Shown: one piece after another, positions 23,979 to 33,927 of the stretch
Position numbering within the stretch: position 1 is the stretch's first letter
Layout of the letters: each line of letters opens with the position of its first letter
IMG/VR virus record: IMGVR_UViG_3300032319_000014
Span: 1-42,936 of that record
DNA: 42,936 nt
Reading direction: 5' to 3' (one strand)
From: a virus
Lineage: Duplodnaviria > Caudoviricetes
Program-made: the position numbers and the translations under genes
The notes under the pieces: generated by a model
What the model was told of the DNA's origin: nothing
What the model saw: the letters and a program-made list of their open reading frames with translations, nothing else
Databases searched by the model: none

Positions 23979-25076
23979 TTAGTATGTTCCCGTCGTTAGC
24001 GTTAGCGTTACTCTTTCCGGACCATTTTCACCCGGCGTTACGCTGAGTGCGACCAATCTGTAAATTGCGTCTGACGTATTAGGGAATCTGTTATCTGTAA
24101 TAATTACTCTTACGTCATCACCAATTTTGTATGTTCCGTATACTGGGTCTTGCGCCGGCGGTGCTGCGACTTTGAGTGTAGTAGGTGGATAAGATGTAGC
24201 CGTAATCTGCGCCGAGGCTAATCCGGCCAATAATGTTGCGTCTGTAATGTCTGAGTAGTTTGCTTCTTGCTCTAGCAGCGGCCATCCAGTAGTTAATTTT
24301 GTTGTATCTACCGCTGTAGCAATTAGTTTGCCTTCGTTGCTTCCCGCTCCGAGACCGTAAATAGTGTTAGCCGCAATAGACGCGTCTTCGGGGTAAATAT
24401 ATTCAATCATATTGCCGCTAGGGAATTCGAACACCGGTGCAGTAAGGCTTGTAGATGTATAAGTAGTTCCCGATTTAGGATAGGAAAATACAAATGATTT
24501 GACCGGGTTCCCGCCGCCGTCGTATGCGACTTCGATATTCATGTCAAATCCGTTAGTTTGTTTTGCGAGGTCTTGCAGCGCTGAATACACGTTTTTTAAT
24601 TCATACGCGTAATAGGTTCGGCTTACCAATACGCCCGATGTATTAGTAGGTACCGTTACGCCTATGTTTCCGGTCGTAGTTGATTGCGCTCCGTTTACTA
24701 GCGCCTGAGCAATCGTTAATTGGTCTACGTTGCTGTATACCTGTGTCGTTGTTATTTTGCGCCGTTCAAAATATGATTCGAATTCTCGCGCTTGGAATGT
24801 AAGTGTTTGTGAAGTCGAGTTATATTCTCTTCCCCAAATCACCCCACCCCATACCAACACCCCGTTACGGTCTACGTAGATTGCTGTTCGCCCGGGAATC
24901 GTTCCGTTAGCCACATTTAAGCCAGCTGCGTTTACTCCGGATAAAAGTAAATGGCCGCTAAAACTTCCAGCAGTATTGAGTTGCTGCGTAAAATTAACGC
25001 CAGTTATTGGCAGCTCTGCGAGGATATTGTTAGTTAGCAAATCTGCAAATAAATAACGGTAAGTAGTTACACTCAT
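23979..25076 (-). CDS. Minor tail / baseplate hub protein (ReqiPepy6 gp37-like)
   Basis: AELP..LN.AG..VWGGVIW..YKIGDDV; position in tail module. Confidence 0.8.
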   Translation of the reverse strand: MSVTTYRYLFADLLTNNILAELPITGVNFTQQLNTAGSFSGHLLLSGVNAAGLNVANGTIPGRTAIYVDRNGVLVWGGVIWGREYNSTSQTLTFQAREFESYFERRKITTTQVYSNVDQLTIAQALVNGAQSTTTGNIGVTVPTNTSGVLVSRTYYAYELKNVYSALQDLAKQTNGFDMNIEVAYDGGGNPVKSFVFSYPKSGTTYTSTSLTAPVFEFPSGNMIEYIYPEDASIAANTIYGLGAGSNEGKLIATAVDTTKLTTGWPLLEQEANYSDITDATLLAGLASAQITATSYPPTTLKVAAPPAQDPVYGTYKIGDDVRVIITDNRFPNTSDAIYRLVALSVTPGENGPERVTLTLTTGTY

Positions 25077-25516
25077 AATTCAATTAACAAATTCCATGAA
25101 TTGTTTTCTATATCAAATTTATACACATTCCCATCATTAGGATAAGGTGGCAAAACCGGCGAATTTATTTTATCTTCGCTTTTTATCATTGTCCAAGAAG
25201 TCGTTTTTTCATTCCATTCATAATAATTACCATCTTGCGGATATGGAATAGGAGCAACCCACTTACAGGTTTCTTCATCGAGAATCCAAGATTGATAAAT
25301 TTTAGGCGGAATAAAAGCATTACGTTGTTCATCGTAAATATAACCAATTCCAGCAAAATTTTTTCTAATTTTATTGTTGTATGATGTTTGAATCCAAATT
25401 CCGCCAAGGTTATTTATTAACCATTGGTATCCTTCATCACCAGCAGGGTCATTATTATCTCCTTTAACAACGCGAATCACTTTATTTTCTGAATCTATTT
25501 CAGCCCAATGTGACAT
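25073..25516 (-). CDS. Conserved phage tail-fibre-associated protein
   Basis: MSHWAEID..V.RV..WIQTSYN..RKNFAGIGY.YD..AFIPP..W.LDEETC.W.AP; AT-rich. Confidence 0.75.
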   Translation of the reverse strand: MSHWAEIDSENKVIRVVKGDNNDPAGDEGYQWLINNLGGIWIQTSYNNKIRKNFAGIGYIYDEQRNAFIPPKIYQSWILDEETCKWVAPIPYPQDGNYYEWNEKTTSWTMIKSEDKINSPVLPPYPNDGNVYKFDIENNSWNLLIEL

Positions 25517-25518
25517 AT

Positions 25519-26457
25519 TTATACCGCCGATTTCAAATATCTAACAATAACTAAACCGCCGCCGCCACGACCGGCAATAAATGAATTGCCGTTGTTTGAA
25601 CCACCACCACCGCCACCACCGCCCGTATCTGGATAAGCGTCAGAAAAGAACAATCCAGAATTAGTTTTGAAAAATGGGTTATTAGTTCCATTTGATAACG
25701 CCCAACCACCATCACCGCCGTTATAGCCAAACGCTGAGTATTGAATTTGGTACGAACCACCTCCGCCACCACCTGAATACCACCCATAAGCGGGTGTAGG
25801 TGAAAATTGTCCAGTGCTCGTTGCGGTTCCCCAGTCAGAATAGGTTGTAACTGATTGACCGCCATACCCACCAGTGCCAGTGCCGTTGATATTTCCTACG
25901 CCACCAACACCGCCACCGCCACCACCGCCGCCATCACCTGAAACAGAAGTTCCTCCGCCATTACCGCCAGCATTACCTTCCGATGGAGAATAACTTCCTG
26001 CATTTCCAGTTCCCGGTGATTTTCCTGCTCCATTAGATGACGCACCGCCACCACCCGACCCTCCATTACCAGCGTTAGTTCCTACCGTTGCGCCTTGACC
26101 CCCGCCCGTTGATGTCAATGAATTGAATGTTGTATTAGAACCATTTGAATAATAAGTTCCTCCGCCACCAATTACTGCATTGTAGGAACCAATGGCAAGA
26201 GTTGAAGTAAATGCACGAAAACCACCGCCACCACCGCCACCGCCGCCATATGCTCCGGGACCGCCTCCTGCCACAATAATATAATCACAAAGAAGCGGCG
26301 ACCCAGTAATTGCAAGAGTTCCGTTGCCCGTAAAAGCGCGATAATAATAAGTTGCGTCAGACGCAAGTGTTCCGCCTGTAACAACAGATTTAGGTGCGGC
26401 AGATAATAAACCATAAGCGCGTACAGACGTTCCTGCTCTAGTTCCCAGTAAAGGCAT
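25519..26457 (-). CDS. Glycine-rich tail fibre / receptor-binding protein
   Basis: YIIVAGGG...GGGG runs...GGGGLVIVRY. Confidence 0.8.
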   Translation of the reverse strand: MPLLGTRAGTSVRAYGLLSAAPKSVVTGGTLASDATYYYRAFTGNGTLAITGSPLLCDYIIVAGGGPGAYGGGGGGGGGFRAFTSTLAIGSYNAVIGGGGTYYSNGSNTTFNSLTSTGGGQGATVGTNAGNGGSGGGGASSNGAGKSPGTGNAGSYSPSEGNAGGNGGGTSVSGDGGGGGGGGVGGVGNINGTGTGGYGGQSVTTYSDWGTATSTGQFSPTPAYGWYSGGGGGGSYQIQYSAFGYNGGDGGWALSNGTNNPFFKTNSGLFFSDAYPDTGGGGGGGGSNNGNSFIAGRGGGGLVIVRYLKSAV

Positions 26458-26466
26458 TGTTACTCC

Positions 26467-27393
26467 TTATGCAAACTTAGTTTGACTAGCAATTACTGTA
26501 TATGTTGGTGTTGACGCTGTTTTGATAATAGTCAATGAATAAGCGTCAATAGATGAGGCATTGCCTCCTGATGGCGCTGTACCACCTTGCCATTTTGGAG
26601 TAACCGCAGAACCGTCAATCTGATAAACAGTTGGATAGTATGCAGTTGCTCCGTTAGTATTAAGAAACACAACAGTAATTGCGTCTCCTACGGCAAGAAT
26701 TGAATTAAGAGTAGTGCTTGAACTACCACGAATATTTAATGTAAAGTTAGCAGAAGCATTGGTTGTGTAATAAAGCACCGCTTGAGTTGAAGCGTCATAG
26801 TTAATTGTTCCTGTTGCGGCTGTTGCTGATACCGTTGTGCGCTCTTCGGGAGAAATAAGTGTTTTATTTGATAACGCTTGAACGCCAGTAGTGGTTACAA
26901 AAGAAGTTGAAGATAAAGTTCTAGTGTCGGTTATATTTCCTGATGTAATGCTAGTTACGCTTGTACCTACTAATACCGTTGCTAATGAAATTGAGTTAGC
27001 CGGTAATGTTGGTGCTGTAGGAGACGCAGCTGGCGTTCCGGCTATTACTTGGAATGCTACTTGATTTAACGACCCCGTATAGTAAGAATCTGATACCGTC
27101 ATGCATACTAAGTCTATTCGGGGGTTTGACCCGTTGGCAGTTGTAATAATTAAGTTTGTTGAAGCATCGTTATACGCTGTATACGCTCCCATATTTGATT
27201 GCAGCGTTCCCACGATTGCAGCCCAACCGCTAGCCACGTTTACGCTCATATTCGGCGTTCCGTTTGCCGTTACTGCTAAGTCAGCTCCGGATAAAATGCC
27301 GGTAGTACGCCACAACCCTTGAGTAGTCAAACGGTCATTTTCAGCCGGGTGCGACGCATTCTGTTGCCAGCTTGGCGGTGTACGTAATGCCAT
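26467..27393 (-). CDS. Minor tail protein
   Basis: PNMSVNVASG.A, NPRIDLV, GTPAASP.AP; Thr-rich C-terminal domain. Confidence 0.8.
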   Translation of the reverse strand: MALRTPPSWQQNASHPAENDRLTTQGLWRTTGILSGADLAVTANGTPNMSVNVASGWAAIVGTLQSNMGAYTAYNDASTNLIITTANGSNPRIDLVCMTVSDSYYTGSLNQVAFQVIAGTPAASPTAPTLPANSISLATVLVGTSVTSITSGNITDTRTLSSTSFVTTTGVQALSNKTLISPEERTTVSATAATGTINYDASTQAVLYYTTNASANFTLNIRGSSSTTLNSILAVGDAITVVFLNTNGATAYYPTVYQIDGSAVTPKWQGGTAPSGGNASSIDAYSLTIIKTASTPTYTVIASQTKFA

Positions 27394-27402
27394 TTTTTCT
27401 CC

Positions 27403-28521
27403 TTAGATATATGCTGAACGCCAAGTGACCGTAGCCGCCGTCGTTCCCGCTAGTGTACTCGAACCTGTTAAATAAAACGCATTGGCTCCCGGTACTGCCC
27501 CGAACCATGTAGATGTACCCGTAATCAGGTTTCTTGCCGGATTGCCGTTAAAAGTAATTAATTTAGAATCTAAATCTATGGTAATTACGTCTGTATTGGT
27601 ATATGACCCTGTTATCGTAATGTAATTACCCGTTGTAGAGTTACCCAACGTCGGGTTAATCACAGGACCCGATAGCGTGATTACCGGGTAGGTTGTAGCC
27701 CATCCGTTATTTTGCACCGTTGCAGTTCCGCCTGAAATTGAATAGCCATATACAAGGTTGTAAATGCGGTTGTAAATGCGGCCGAGCGGGTTACTTACTG
27801 TTAGCGCTGCCGTTTGCTGCGTGTCGTCGTAGTACCGAGGGTCAGGGCAAAAGAACGTATATTGGCTTCTAATGAATCCGTATGAATAATCCGGGTCAAT
27901 AATTGTTCGGTTTGCGCGCACGCGAGCGTAGACTCTTTGTAATGAGTCTGCCGTAGACATTTGGAATTGCATAGTTGTAGTTCCGCTTGTCTGAGGTAGC
28001 ACATTTTTTTGTAGCAGGTTGTAATTCTGTTGCGCGCTAGAACTCATATTCATCGTTCCGCCGCTTGTATAAATATCTGTGAGCGTTACCGCGATTGTAA
28101 ATTGAGTTGTAGATGTGACGGTACACGCTTGCAGCGTTTGATTAAATCCCGTTCCGGCCGTTCCGCTCGGGTTTCCTGTAGAAAGTACGCCGGTGATAGT
28201 TACTAATTGTCCAGTAATTAGTCCATGCGCGGCCGTAGTAGTGTATGTAATTATTCCTGTACCGGTCGCAGTTGCAGCCGAGATTGACCCTGTACTTTTG
28301 TTTCCGGTAGTCAGTATTGTTACGATAATGTCTCGGCCTCCGAGGAAGTCATTTCCGGTATACATACCGTCTGCGTAGCCTCTGTTGTCATCTTGATTTC
28401 TTATCCCCGGCAGCGCCTCTAATCCGTCTACCGCTAATACTTGGTGAATTGAGTTTGCTCCGCCGAATACGTATCCGTTGAACGCGAAAGAATAATTATT
28501 AAGGCTGCTTACCGTAGGCAT
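27403..28521 (-). CDS. Distal tail (Dit)-like protein with insertion
   Basis: Follows TMP; G.DFLGGR.I, FFCPDPRYY, N.G...YPVITL.GP. Confidence 0.8.
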   Translation of the reverse strand: MPTVSSLNNYSFAFNGYVFGGANSIHQVLAVDGLEALPGIRNQDDNRGYADGMYTGNDFLGGRDIIVTILTTGNKSTGSISAATATGTGIITYTTTAAHGLITGQLVTITGVLSTGNPSGTAGTGFNQTLQACTVTSTTQFTIAVTLTDIYTSGGTMNMSSSAQQNYNLLQKNVLPQTSGTTTMQFQMSTADSLQRVYARVRANRTIIDPDYSYGFIRSQYTFFCPDPRYYDDTQQTAALTVSNPLGRIYNRIYNLVYGYSISGGTATVQNNGWATTYPVITLSGPVINPTLGNSTTGNYITITGSYTNTDVITIDLDSKLITFNGNPARNLITGTSTWFGAVPGANAFYLTGSSTLAGTTAATVTWRSAYI

Positions 28522-31172
28522 TAAATTTCTCCTCCATGCGCTTGTCTTAGGCTGGCAATATTGACAGATGGAGTAATGGCTTGCGGTGTACCGAACGCCG
28601 TTGCGTTGGCAATCGCTTTAGCCGACGCGTTAGGGTCAGCGAGGTTAATACCGGTTACGTTTGTAATGTAAGTAGTTTCAAATCCGCTTCTTTCATTGTA
28701 CGGCTTATTCGGACTGGTAGGTATCGGTGCAATCTTTGCTAGGTAAGGTGCGGCCGGTGAGTTAGCCATAGTTGAGACCGCTAGACTTTGCGCGTTTAAC
28801 TTTACCATTTCGTCAGCAGTCTTGCGTAATTCGTCTTGCAGCTTGCTCAGCTTGTCCATAGTGTCTTTTGTGAGTGAGTCAATCGCGTCGTTGTAATCTG
28901 TCTGCGCTTCCATTAGTGCGCTTTGCAGGTCAATCTGCAGCGCTTTAATCTTGTCGTTTAATTCGTTTTGATTCTTGTCCAACGCGTCAGCGAGGTCAAT
29001 TCCTACCTTTTGGTATTCCTTGAGCAATTCCTCTGTAGCGAAACTTGTAGAATTACTCATCTGCGCCGCTAGCGTATCTAATCCATGCTTGCTTACGTCT
29101 TCTAATCCGTAATACAATTCTTGTAATTGACTTTTTGTGTCCGGAGTAGCTTTTAGAATTGCATCGGCCATTGCTCCGCCCATGTCCGGACCTTGCGCTA
29201 CTACTTCTTGAATAAATGTCTGTGAGAATCCTGCGCTCGCGAGCGCTCCGGCTTGCGCTTGCAGTTTCTTAATAGCGGTAAATTTATCTTTGAGTTTCTG
29301 TAATAGCCCTGCGCCGCTCTTGTCGCTGTCGTCAAACATCTTGGCTAGGTCAAATTTTGCTCCGGTAGCAAACGCGCTACGTAGCATGTCTTGACCTTTT
29401 TGAATAATTGCAGCTTTGTCTTGCGCTGCCTTTGTCTCTAGGTCATTTGCCTTTTGTGCGTACTCAGCCCGGAGTTTTAATTCTTTTTCTAATTCATCTG
29501 AGTTGAGTTTTGCTTTCTTGTCTGCGTAATCTTTTTCAATCTGCGTACGCTTTTCGTTGGCAGTTTTTATGACGTCGTTCATTTTGCCGTAGATTTTTTC
29601 CGCGTCGTCTTTGAGTTTAGTTAGCGCTTTTTCCTGCGCTTTAATTTTGGCAGCTGCTTCTTTGCTTATGCCACCGCCACCAGTCGGTGCAGCCGCGCCA
29701 CTAGGGGTTCCGCTATCGGTTTTTTTAGTTCCACCGAATCCGGGGATACTAATTTTTTTATCTTGCAATTTATCCAGTCCGGCCGAGAATGAATCTACTG
29801 CATCTGCCGCCTTGCCTATGTTTGCCGGTAGGTCGTCAATGAAATTGAGTGCCGCCTTAGCGTATTTACCTACGCCCGGTAACGCTGATAGCGCTCCGAG
29901 TAGAGCCTTGAATGGAAGTATGAGGTACTTACCGGCGAAATCTACGAACATTGCCAGCGCTTTAATAGCGAAACTTACTCCGCTTAGCACGCCTTGAAAC
30001 GCTGTAATAACTACCTTGCGGAATGTCTCTGAGTGATTCCACGCAATTACAAATCCAGCCGCTAATGCTGCGAGCGCTGTTACCACAATCATAATTGGAT
30101 TCATATTCATTACCGCATTTAGTAATGCCATCGCCCCAGTTTGCCCTTCGGTAGCCGCTATGTCCGCCAGCTTTGCGCCTTTTGCCAACGCCATGCCTAC
30201 GATGTATAACTCTTGTACCGCAGTTACAGCCGCCATCGTGATTTGATAAATCTTAAATGCCGCTACAGCCGTTAAAATAATTCCGGCAAATAGCGCAACC
30301 GCTTCTTTGTTTTTACTTAGCCAGCCGAATAGCGGAGCAAGAAACCTTGTATAGAGTTCGCCAATCGTTTTTCCAATAGCCAATAAGATTGGTTGCAATT
30401 CCGTAACGAGGTTACGGGTGAAATCTTGCACTTTATCTTTAGCCCGAAATACCGCTCCGGCAAATGTATCTCCGGCCGCGGCAGCTGCTCCGCCAAATTC
30501 TGTTTTCATTTCAGCAAGAATGATTTTCTGAGCACCCATTACGTCACCGGATTGCACCAACGCTTTTATCTGAGCCTTTTGCGCGTCAGTAAATACCACG
30601 CCTACGCGGGTTAATGCGGTAATGCCCTTGATAGGGTCGTTGAGTGCTTTACCTAATTGAACCGTAGCACCTTGTAAATCTCCGCCCATCTTTGTTGATA
30701 AATCTAATGCAGCGACGGAGGCTTGATTGAAAATGTCGTTGCCTTCCCCGACCACGTTTCGCACATTGGTGAATGTTTGGAATACTGCTTGCGATTGCAT
30801 GATGAGGTTTTCATCTACCGCCGACATTGATTCCAGCGCATTAGCCTGAGCCTTTAGCCCTTCTACGCTTAATCCTGCTACGTTACCGGTAGATTTGATT
30901 CCGGCGTTCAGCTGCGCCACTTGCTTTTCGTATGTTTGCGCGTCTTCTATTGCTCCCCGTATTGCTCCGCCTACCATGTTGAAGCCCTGCGCCATAAGAT
31001 TTCCGGCGAACATTCCTGCCGCGTTAGCTTTGAACTTCTCCATAAATGAGTTTTGCTTGGTTACGGTCTGCCCGAAATTGTCGAAATCACCTTTTATTTG
31101 CGCCATTTGTGCGGATATGCGAGCCGTCTCTAATTGTAATTCTATGAGGACTGGTGGAATTGTGCTAGCCAC
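28521..31172 (-). CDS. Tape measure protein
   Basis: 883 aa helical, QLGKALNDPIKGITALTRVGV, MNPI..WN.SETFR, coiled coil. Confidence 0.95.
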   Translation of the reverse strand: MASTIPPVLIELQLETARISAQMAQIKGDFDNFGQTVTKQNSFMEKFKANAAGMFAGNLMAQGFNMVGGAIRGAIEDAQTYEKQVAQLNAGIKSTGNVAGLSVEGLKAQANALESMSAVDENLIMQSQAVFQTFTNVRNVVGEGNDIFNQASVAALDLSTKMGGDLQGATVQLGKALNDPIKGITALTRVGVVFTDAQKAQIKALVQSGDVMGAQKIILAEMKTEFGGAAAAAGDTFAGAVFRAKDKVQDFTRNLVTELQPILLAIGKTIGELYTRFLAPLFGWLSKNKEAVALFAGIILTAVAAFKIYQITMAAVTAVQELYIVGMALAKGAKLADIAATEGQTGAMALLNAVMNMNPIMIVVTALAALAAGFVIAWNHSETFRKVVITAFQGVLSGVSFAIKALAMFVDFAGKYLILPFKALLGALSALPGVGKYAKAALNFIDDLPANIGKAADAVDSFSAGLDKLQDKKISIPGFGGTKKTDSGTPSGAAAPTGGGGISKEAAAKIKAQEKALTKLKDDAEKIYGKMNDVIKTANEKRTQIEKDYADKKAKLNSDELEKELKLRAEYAQKANDLETKAAQDKAAIIQKGQDMLRSAFATGAKFDLAKMFDDSDKSGAGLLQKLKDKFTAIKKLQAQAGALASAGFSQTFIQEVVAQGPDMGGAMADAILKATPDTKSQLQELYYGLEDVSKHGLDTLAAQMSNSTSFATEELLKEYQKVGIDLADALDKNQNELNDKIKALQIDLQSALMEAQTDYNDAIDSLTKDTMDKLSKLQDELRKTADEMVKLNAQSLAVSTMANSPAAPYLAKIAPIPTSPNKPYNERSGFETTYITNVTGINLADPNASAKAIANATAFGTPQAITPSVNIASLRQAHGGEI

Positions 31173-31174
31173 TT

Positions 31175-31603
31175 TTACCTCATTCTCTGTGCAAACGCAT
31201 TATTAAATACTCGGCTGAGCGTTCCGTTACCAATTAAGGTTCCGGCCGCTGGTATGAGGTAAGGATACCGCTTACCACGCCATTTTGGACTGCCTAATTC
31301 GACCGCTCTTGCGTACTCTACTGTTGGACCCACCGTTGCAATATAACTTCCGAATCCATACCGCACTTCGGTGGTAATACTTCTTCGCAGCGTTCCGGTA
31401 ACTACGTTCGGACCCGGACCCGTTCCCTGTATGTGGCCTTCTCCGCGTTTATGCGTTCCGGTATTGGCGTTAATCTTGGCTTGGCGCTCTAATGCAAATC
31501 CCGCTTGGCCGATTGCATATTCGGCAGCGTTCATTATTTGCTTGTCAAATTCCGTTAGCCCGTTCATTACTTGCGACAGGTTACGTACTATAAATGCACC
31601 CAT
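31175..31603 (-). CDS. HK97 gp10-like tail completion protein
   Basis: TGTLRRSI..VEYA..VELG..PYL.PA. Confidence 0.85.
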   Translation of the reverse strand: MGAFIVRNLSQVMNGLTEFDKQIMNAAEYAIGQAGFALERQAKINANTGTHKRGEGHIQGTGPGPNVVTGTLRRSITTEVRYGFGSYIATVGPTVEYARAVELGSPKWRGKRYPYLIPAAGTLIGNGTLSRVFNNAFAQRMR

Positions 31604-31606
31604 TGT

Positions 31607-32160
31607 TTACGCCGATTCTGCCCTCTCAGCTTTTACCTGTTCCACAGTAGCCGCTATAGCCAATAGCCAATCTGCTTCCCCGGCCGGTAGGTTATCTACT
31701 TGCTCAGGAGTCCAACCGAACCGGTCAGCCATTTGGTAATAATACCAATGCTCATCGGGGTAATCGAAATTCTCACTTCGCATTCCCCCATTGAGTATCC
31801 ATTTTAATCTTTCGAGCTGCCGGTATCCGCTTTTGGGTCTTCTTCGTTAGCCTCATTCTTTGTCAGCGACGGGAATAATGCTTTCTGCGCATCTTGCGTT
31901 GCTTCTACGAGTGCGTCGTAGTCTTTGATTTCGAGTTCGTCTAGCGATTCAGTTTTGATTGATGGAATAATCAAATCAAACGACCATTCCTCTACCAACA
32001 TTGCAACTACTGCGTCTCCTAGTGCGAGCGCTTTTGCAAGGTCGCCGGTTTCTTTATCTCCCGCGCGCATGACATTTTTTCTGTCACGTACTCGCAACAA
32101 TGATGGGTCTTTTAGTTTTACCTTTGCCCCTGAAGGGAGCGTGATTTCTTTTGCAGACAT
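31607..32160 (-). CDS. Tail assembly chaperone, long (-1 frameshift) form, about 184 aa
   Basis: Slippery C.CCA.AAA at 31831-31837; -1 frame open to 31607 and encodes ...MADRFGWTPEQVDNLP... Confidence 0.85.
31804..32160 (-). CDS. Tail assembly chaperone, short form
   Basis: 118 aa acidic protein between tail tube and TMP. Confidence 0.85.
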   Translation of the reverse strand: MSAKEITLPSGAKVKLKDPSLLRVRDRKNVMRAGDKETGDLAKALALGDAVVAMLVEEWSFDLIIPSIKTESLDELEIKDYDALVEATQDAQKALFPSLTKNEANEEDPKADTGSSKD

Positions 32161-32190
32161 TCTTGCCTCCTGTTTGTTTGCCTTCCGTTT

Positions 32191-32263
32191 ATCCTACTGT
32201 AAATCATGGGAGCAGGGGAGGGAGACCCGGGAAGGCGTTCGAGTCTCTACCTTACCCCTGCTC
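32191..32263 (-). promoter_or_regulatory. Long hairpin followed by candidate -10 TAGGAT
   Basis: GAGCAGGGG..GAGACTCG/CGGGTCTC..CCCCTGCTC at 32210-32263; TAGGAT at 32191-32196. Confidence 0.6.
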
Positions 32264-32270
32264 TTGGAGA

Positions 32271-33260
32271 TTAGATGTATGTACCGCTTGGTAGTGCGTT
32301 TTTGAGTGTCCACTTAATAGGTGAATACCCACCTGTAGTACCCGCGTCAGTTGTATTGCCTAGTCCGACTAGGTCAATCCCAATCTCTACTAAGTCTGCG
32401 CCGCGGTCAATTGCAGCTGCGACGTATGCACCCTTTGTGAGTGTTGCTTGAATTTGTACCAATGCTGCACCTGTTCCGTAAGACCAGTTGAACACGATTG
32501 ATGGTTGAGTGTTTGTAAGGTAACGTGTTAATTCTGCGTTATCTTCCATAACAAACTTAATCTTTCCCATTACTTCTAATGGACCGAGAAAGATTTGGTA
32601 AGGGTTTTGAGTAGTTGCAATTCCGTAGACCGGTGTTACTGGTCGCTTCATGCTGATTTCGCCGGTCATTGCTGTAGACAATGTAGTTCCGCCGACAGTT
32701 ACCGCACCCTGCCATACCTGAGTAGGCAAGATTGTAGAAAATGATGGTGTAGGTGTAGCCGCTGACGCGCTAGCCCAACCGGTCATTTTTGCGTCGTATT
32801 CGAGCATTCCGTCAGCGTTGAACTTGAGTGTGAAATCGCTGAACATGCAGCCCGGATACGCGCGTACTGCAGCTGCGTAGAAATCTGTAATTGTATAAGA
32901 TGTAGGCTGAGCATCTGCCGCCGCTGTTGCGCTGTTTTCAAGTGCAATAGCATGTGTGTATGGTGCGCTTGCTCCTGTAGTAGTTACATCGCCTAATACT
33001 CCGGCTATTGCGTACCCGATGGTATCTGCGAATGCTGCTCCGCTGTAATCGTAAGTTGAGCGTGTACGACCTTGTAGGTAGTTGTAGCTCTTTACGTTCG
33101 AACCGCGTAGGCCTTCGTCATATAGCGGGTCAATAACATCTACCGGCTTTAGGCTTGAACCAATTACGGGAATAAAGTTTGTTGGAGTTACAGCCGTACC
33201 GCGTGTTACTTCTTTAGCGATACCGAGGTAACTCCGGTTAGTTGCTTGGACGTTTGCCAT
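32271..33260 (-). CDS. Major tail tube protein
   Basis: 329 aa, YLGIAKEVT.GT, YTH, SYTI..YPGC; position before chaperone. Confidence 0.88.
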   Translation of the reverse strand: MANVQATNRSYLGIAKEVTRGTAVTPTNFIPVIGSSLKPVDVIDPLYDEGLRGSNVKSYNYLQGRTRSTYDYSGAAFADTIGYAIAGVLGDVTTTGASAPYTHAIALENSATAAADAQPTSYTITDFYAAAVRAYPGCMFSDFTLKFNADGMLEYDAKMTGWASASAATPTPSFSTILPTQVWQGAVTVGGTTLSTAMTGEISMKRPVTPVYGIATTQNPYQIFLGPLEVMGKIKFVMEDNAELTRYLTNTQPSIVFNWSYGTGAALVQIQATLTKGAYVAAAIDRGADLVEIGIDLVGLGNTTDAGTTGGYSPIKWTLKNALPSGTYI

Positions 33261-33263
33261 TTA

Positions 33264-33431
33264 TTACTTCACCTCTTCTACGGTCGAGTCAGTATTGTCT
33301 GACGATGTTGTTGGAACGATTGGTGCGCTTACTTTTGTATTCTTTGAATCGTCAAAAGACTCACCGGCTGCCAAAGTGACGCCAAACGTAGGATAGTCGC
33401 GTGCGCCCTCTGTATTGTTTGTGATTTTCAT
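33264..33431 (-). CDS. 55-aa hypothetical protein (not in ORF track)
   Basis: MKITNNTEGARDYPTFGVTLAAGESFDD...; AGGAG SD. Confidence 0.7.
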   Translation of the reverse strand: MKITNNTEGARDYPTFGVTLAAGESFDDSKNTKVSAPIVPTTSSDNTDSTVEEVK

Positions 33432-33438
33432 ATTTCTC

Positions 33439-33927
33439 CTATGCTTGTATCATCTCTGTTACGTCAAATTGTATCTCAGCAAACGTCTCCGTCGCTCCGC
33501 CGTTATTTGTAGCCGGCTCCCCATAGGTAGCGCTAATCACCGGTTCCGCGCCTTGCCATACTAGGTTTCCCGTTGTATCTCCGAAATTATGGTCTGCGCG
33601 CAAACGTGTTTTTATAGCGTCAATCAGATTATCAAAACTAACCATTGCTTCTTCGGCGTTGCGTTCTAATGAGTGATGGTAGACCTGAATAATGATTGAG
33701 TAATCAACCCTTTTCCAGCCGTTAGTCGCTCCGCCAATCGCCAATCTTGTCTCGCGCTCATTTTGTATAAAAATTACTGCCGCAGCTCTGCTTAATTGTC
33801 CGGGTTGCGAATTAACTTGATAGTCAATACGTTTTGGAAACGATGTAAATACTTGATTAAGGCCGTAAATGTTTCCGGTGCTTAACCAGTTGTATAAGGT
33901 GGCGCGTACGCCGGTGCGCCCTGCCAT
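33439..33927 (-). CDS. Putative tail terminator / neck protein
   Basis: 162 aa; size, position and LRAD..FG motif. Confidence 0.65.
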   Translation of the reverse strand: MAGRTGVRATLYNWLSTGNIYGLNQVFTSFPKRIDYQVNSQPGQLSRAAAVIFIQNERETRLAIGGATNGWKRVDYSIIIQVYHHSLERNAEEAMVSFDNLIDAIKTRLRADHNFGDTTGNLVWQGAEPVISATYGEPATNNGGATETFAEIQFDVTEMIQA

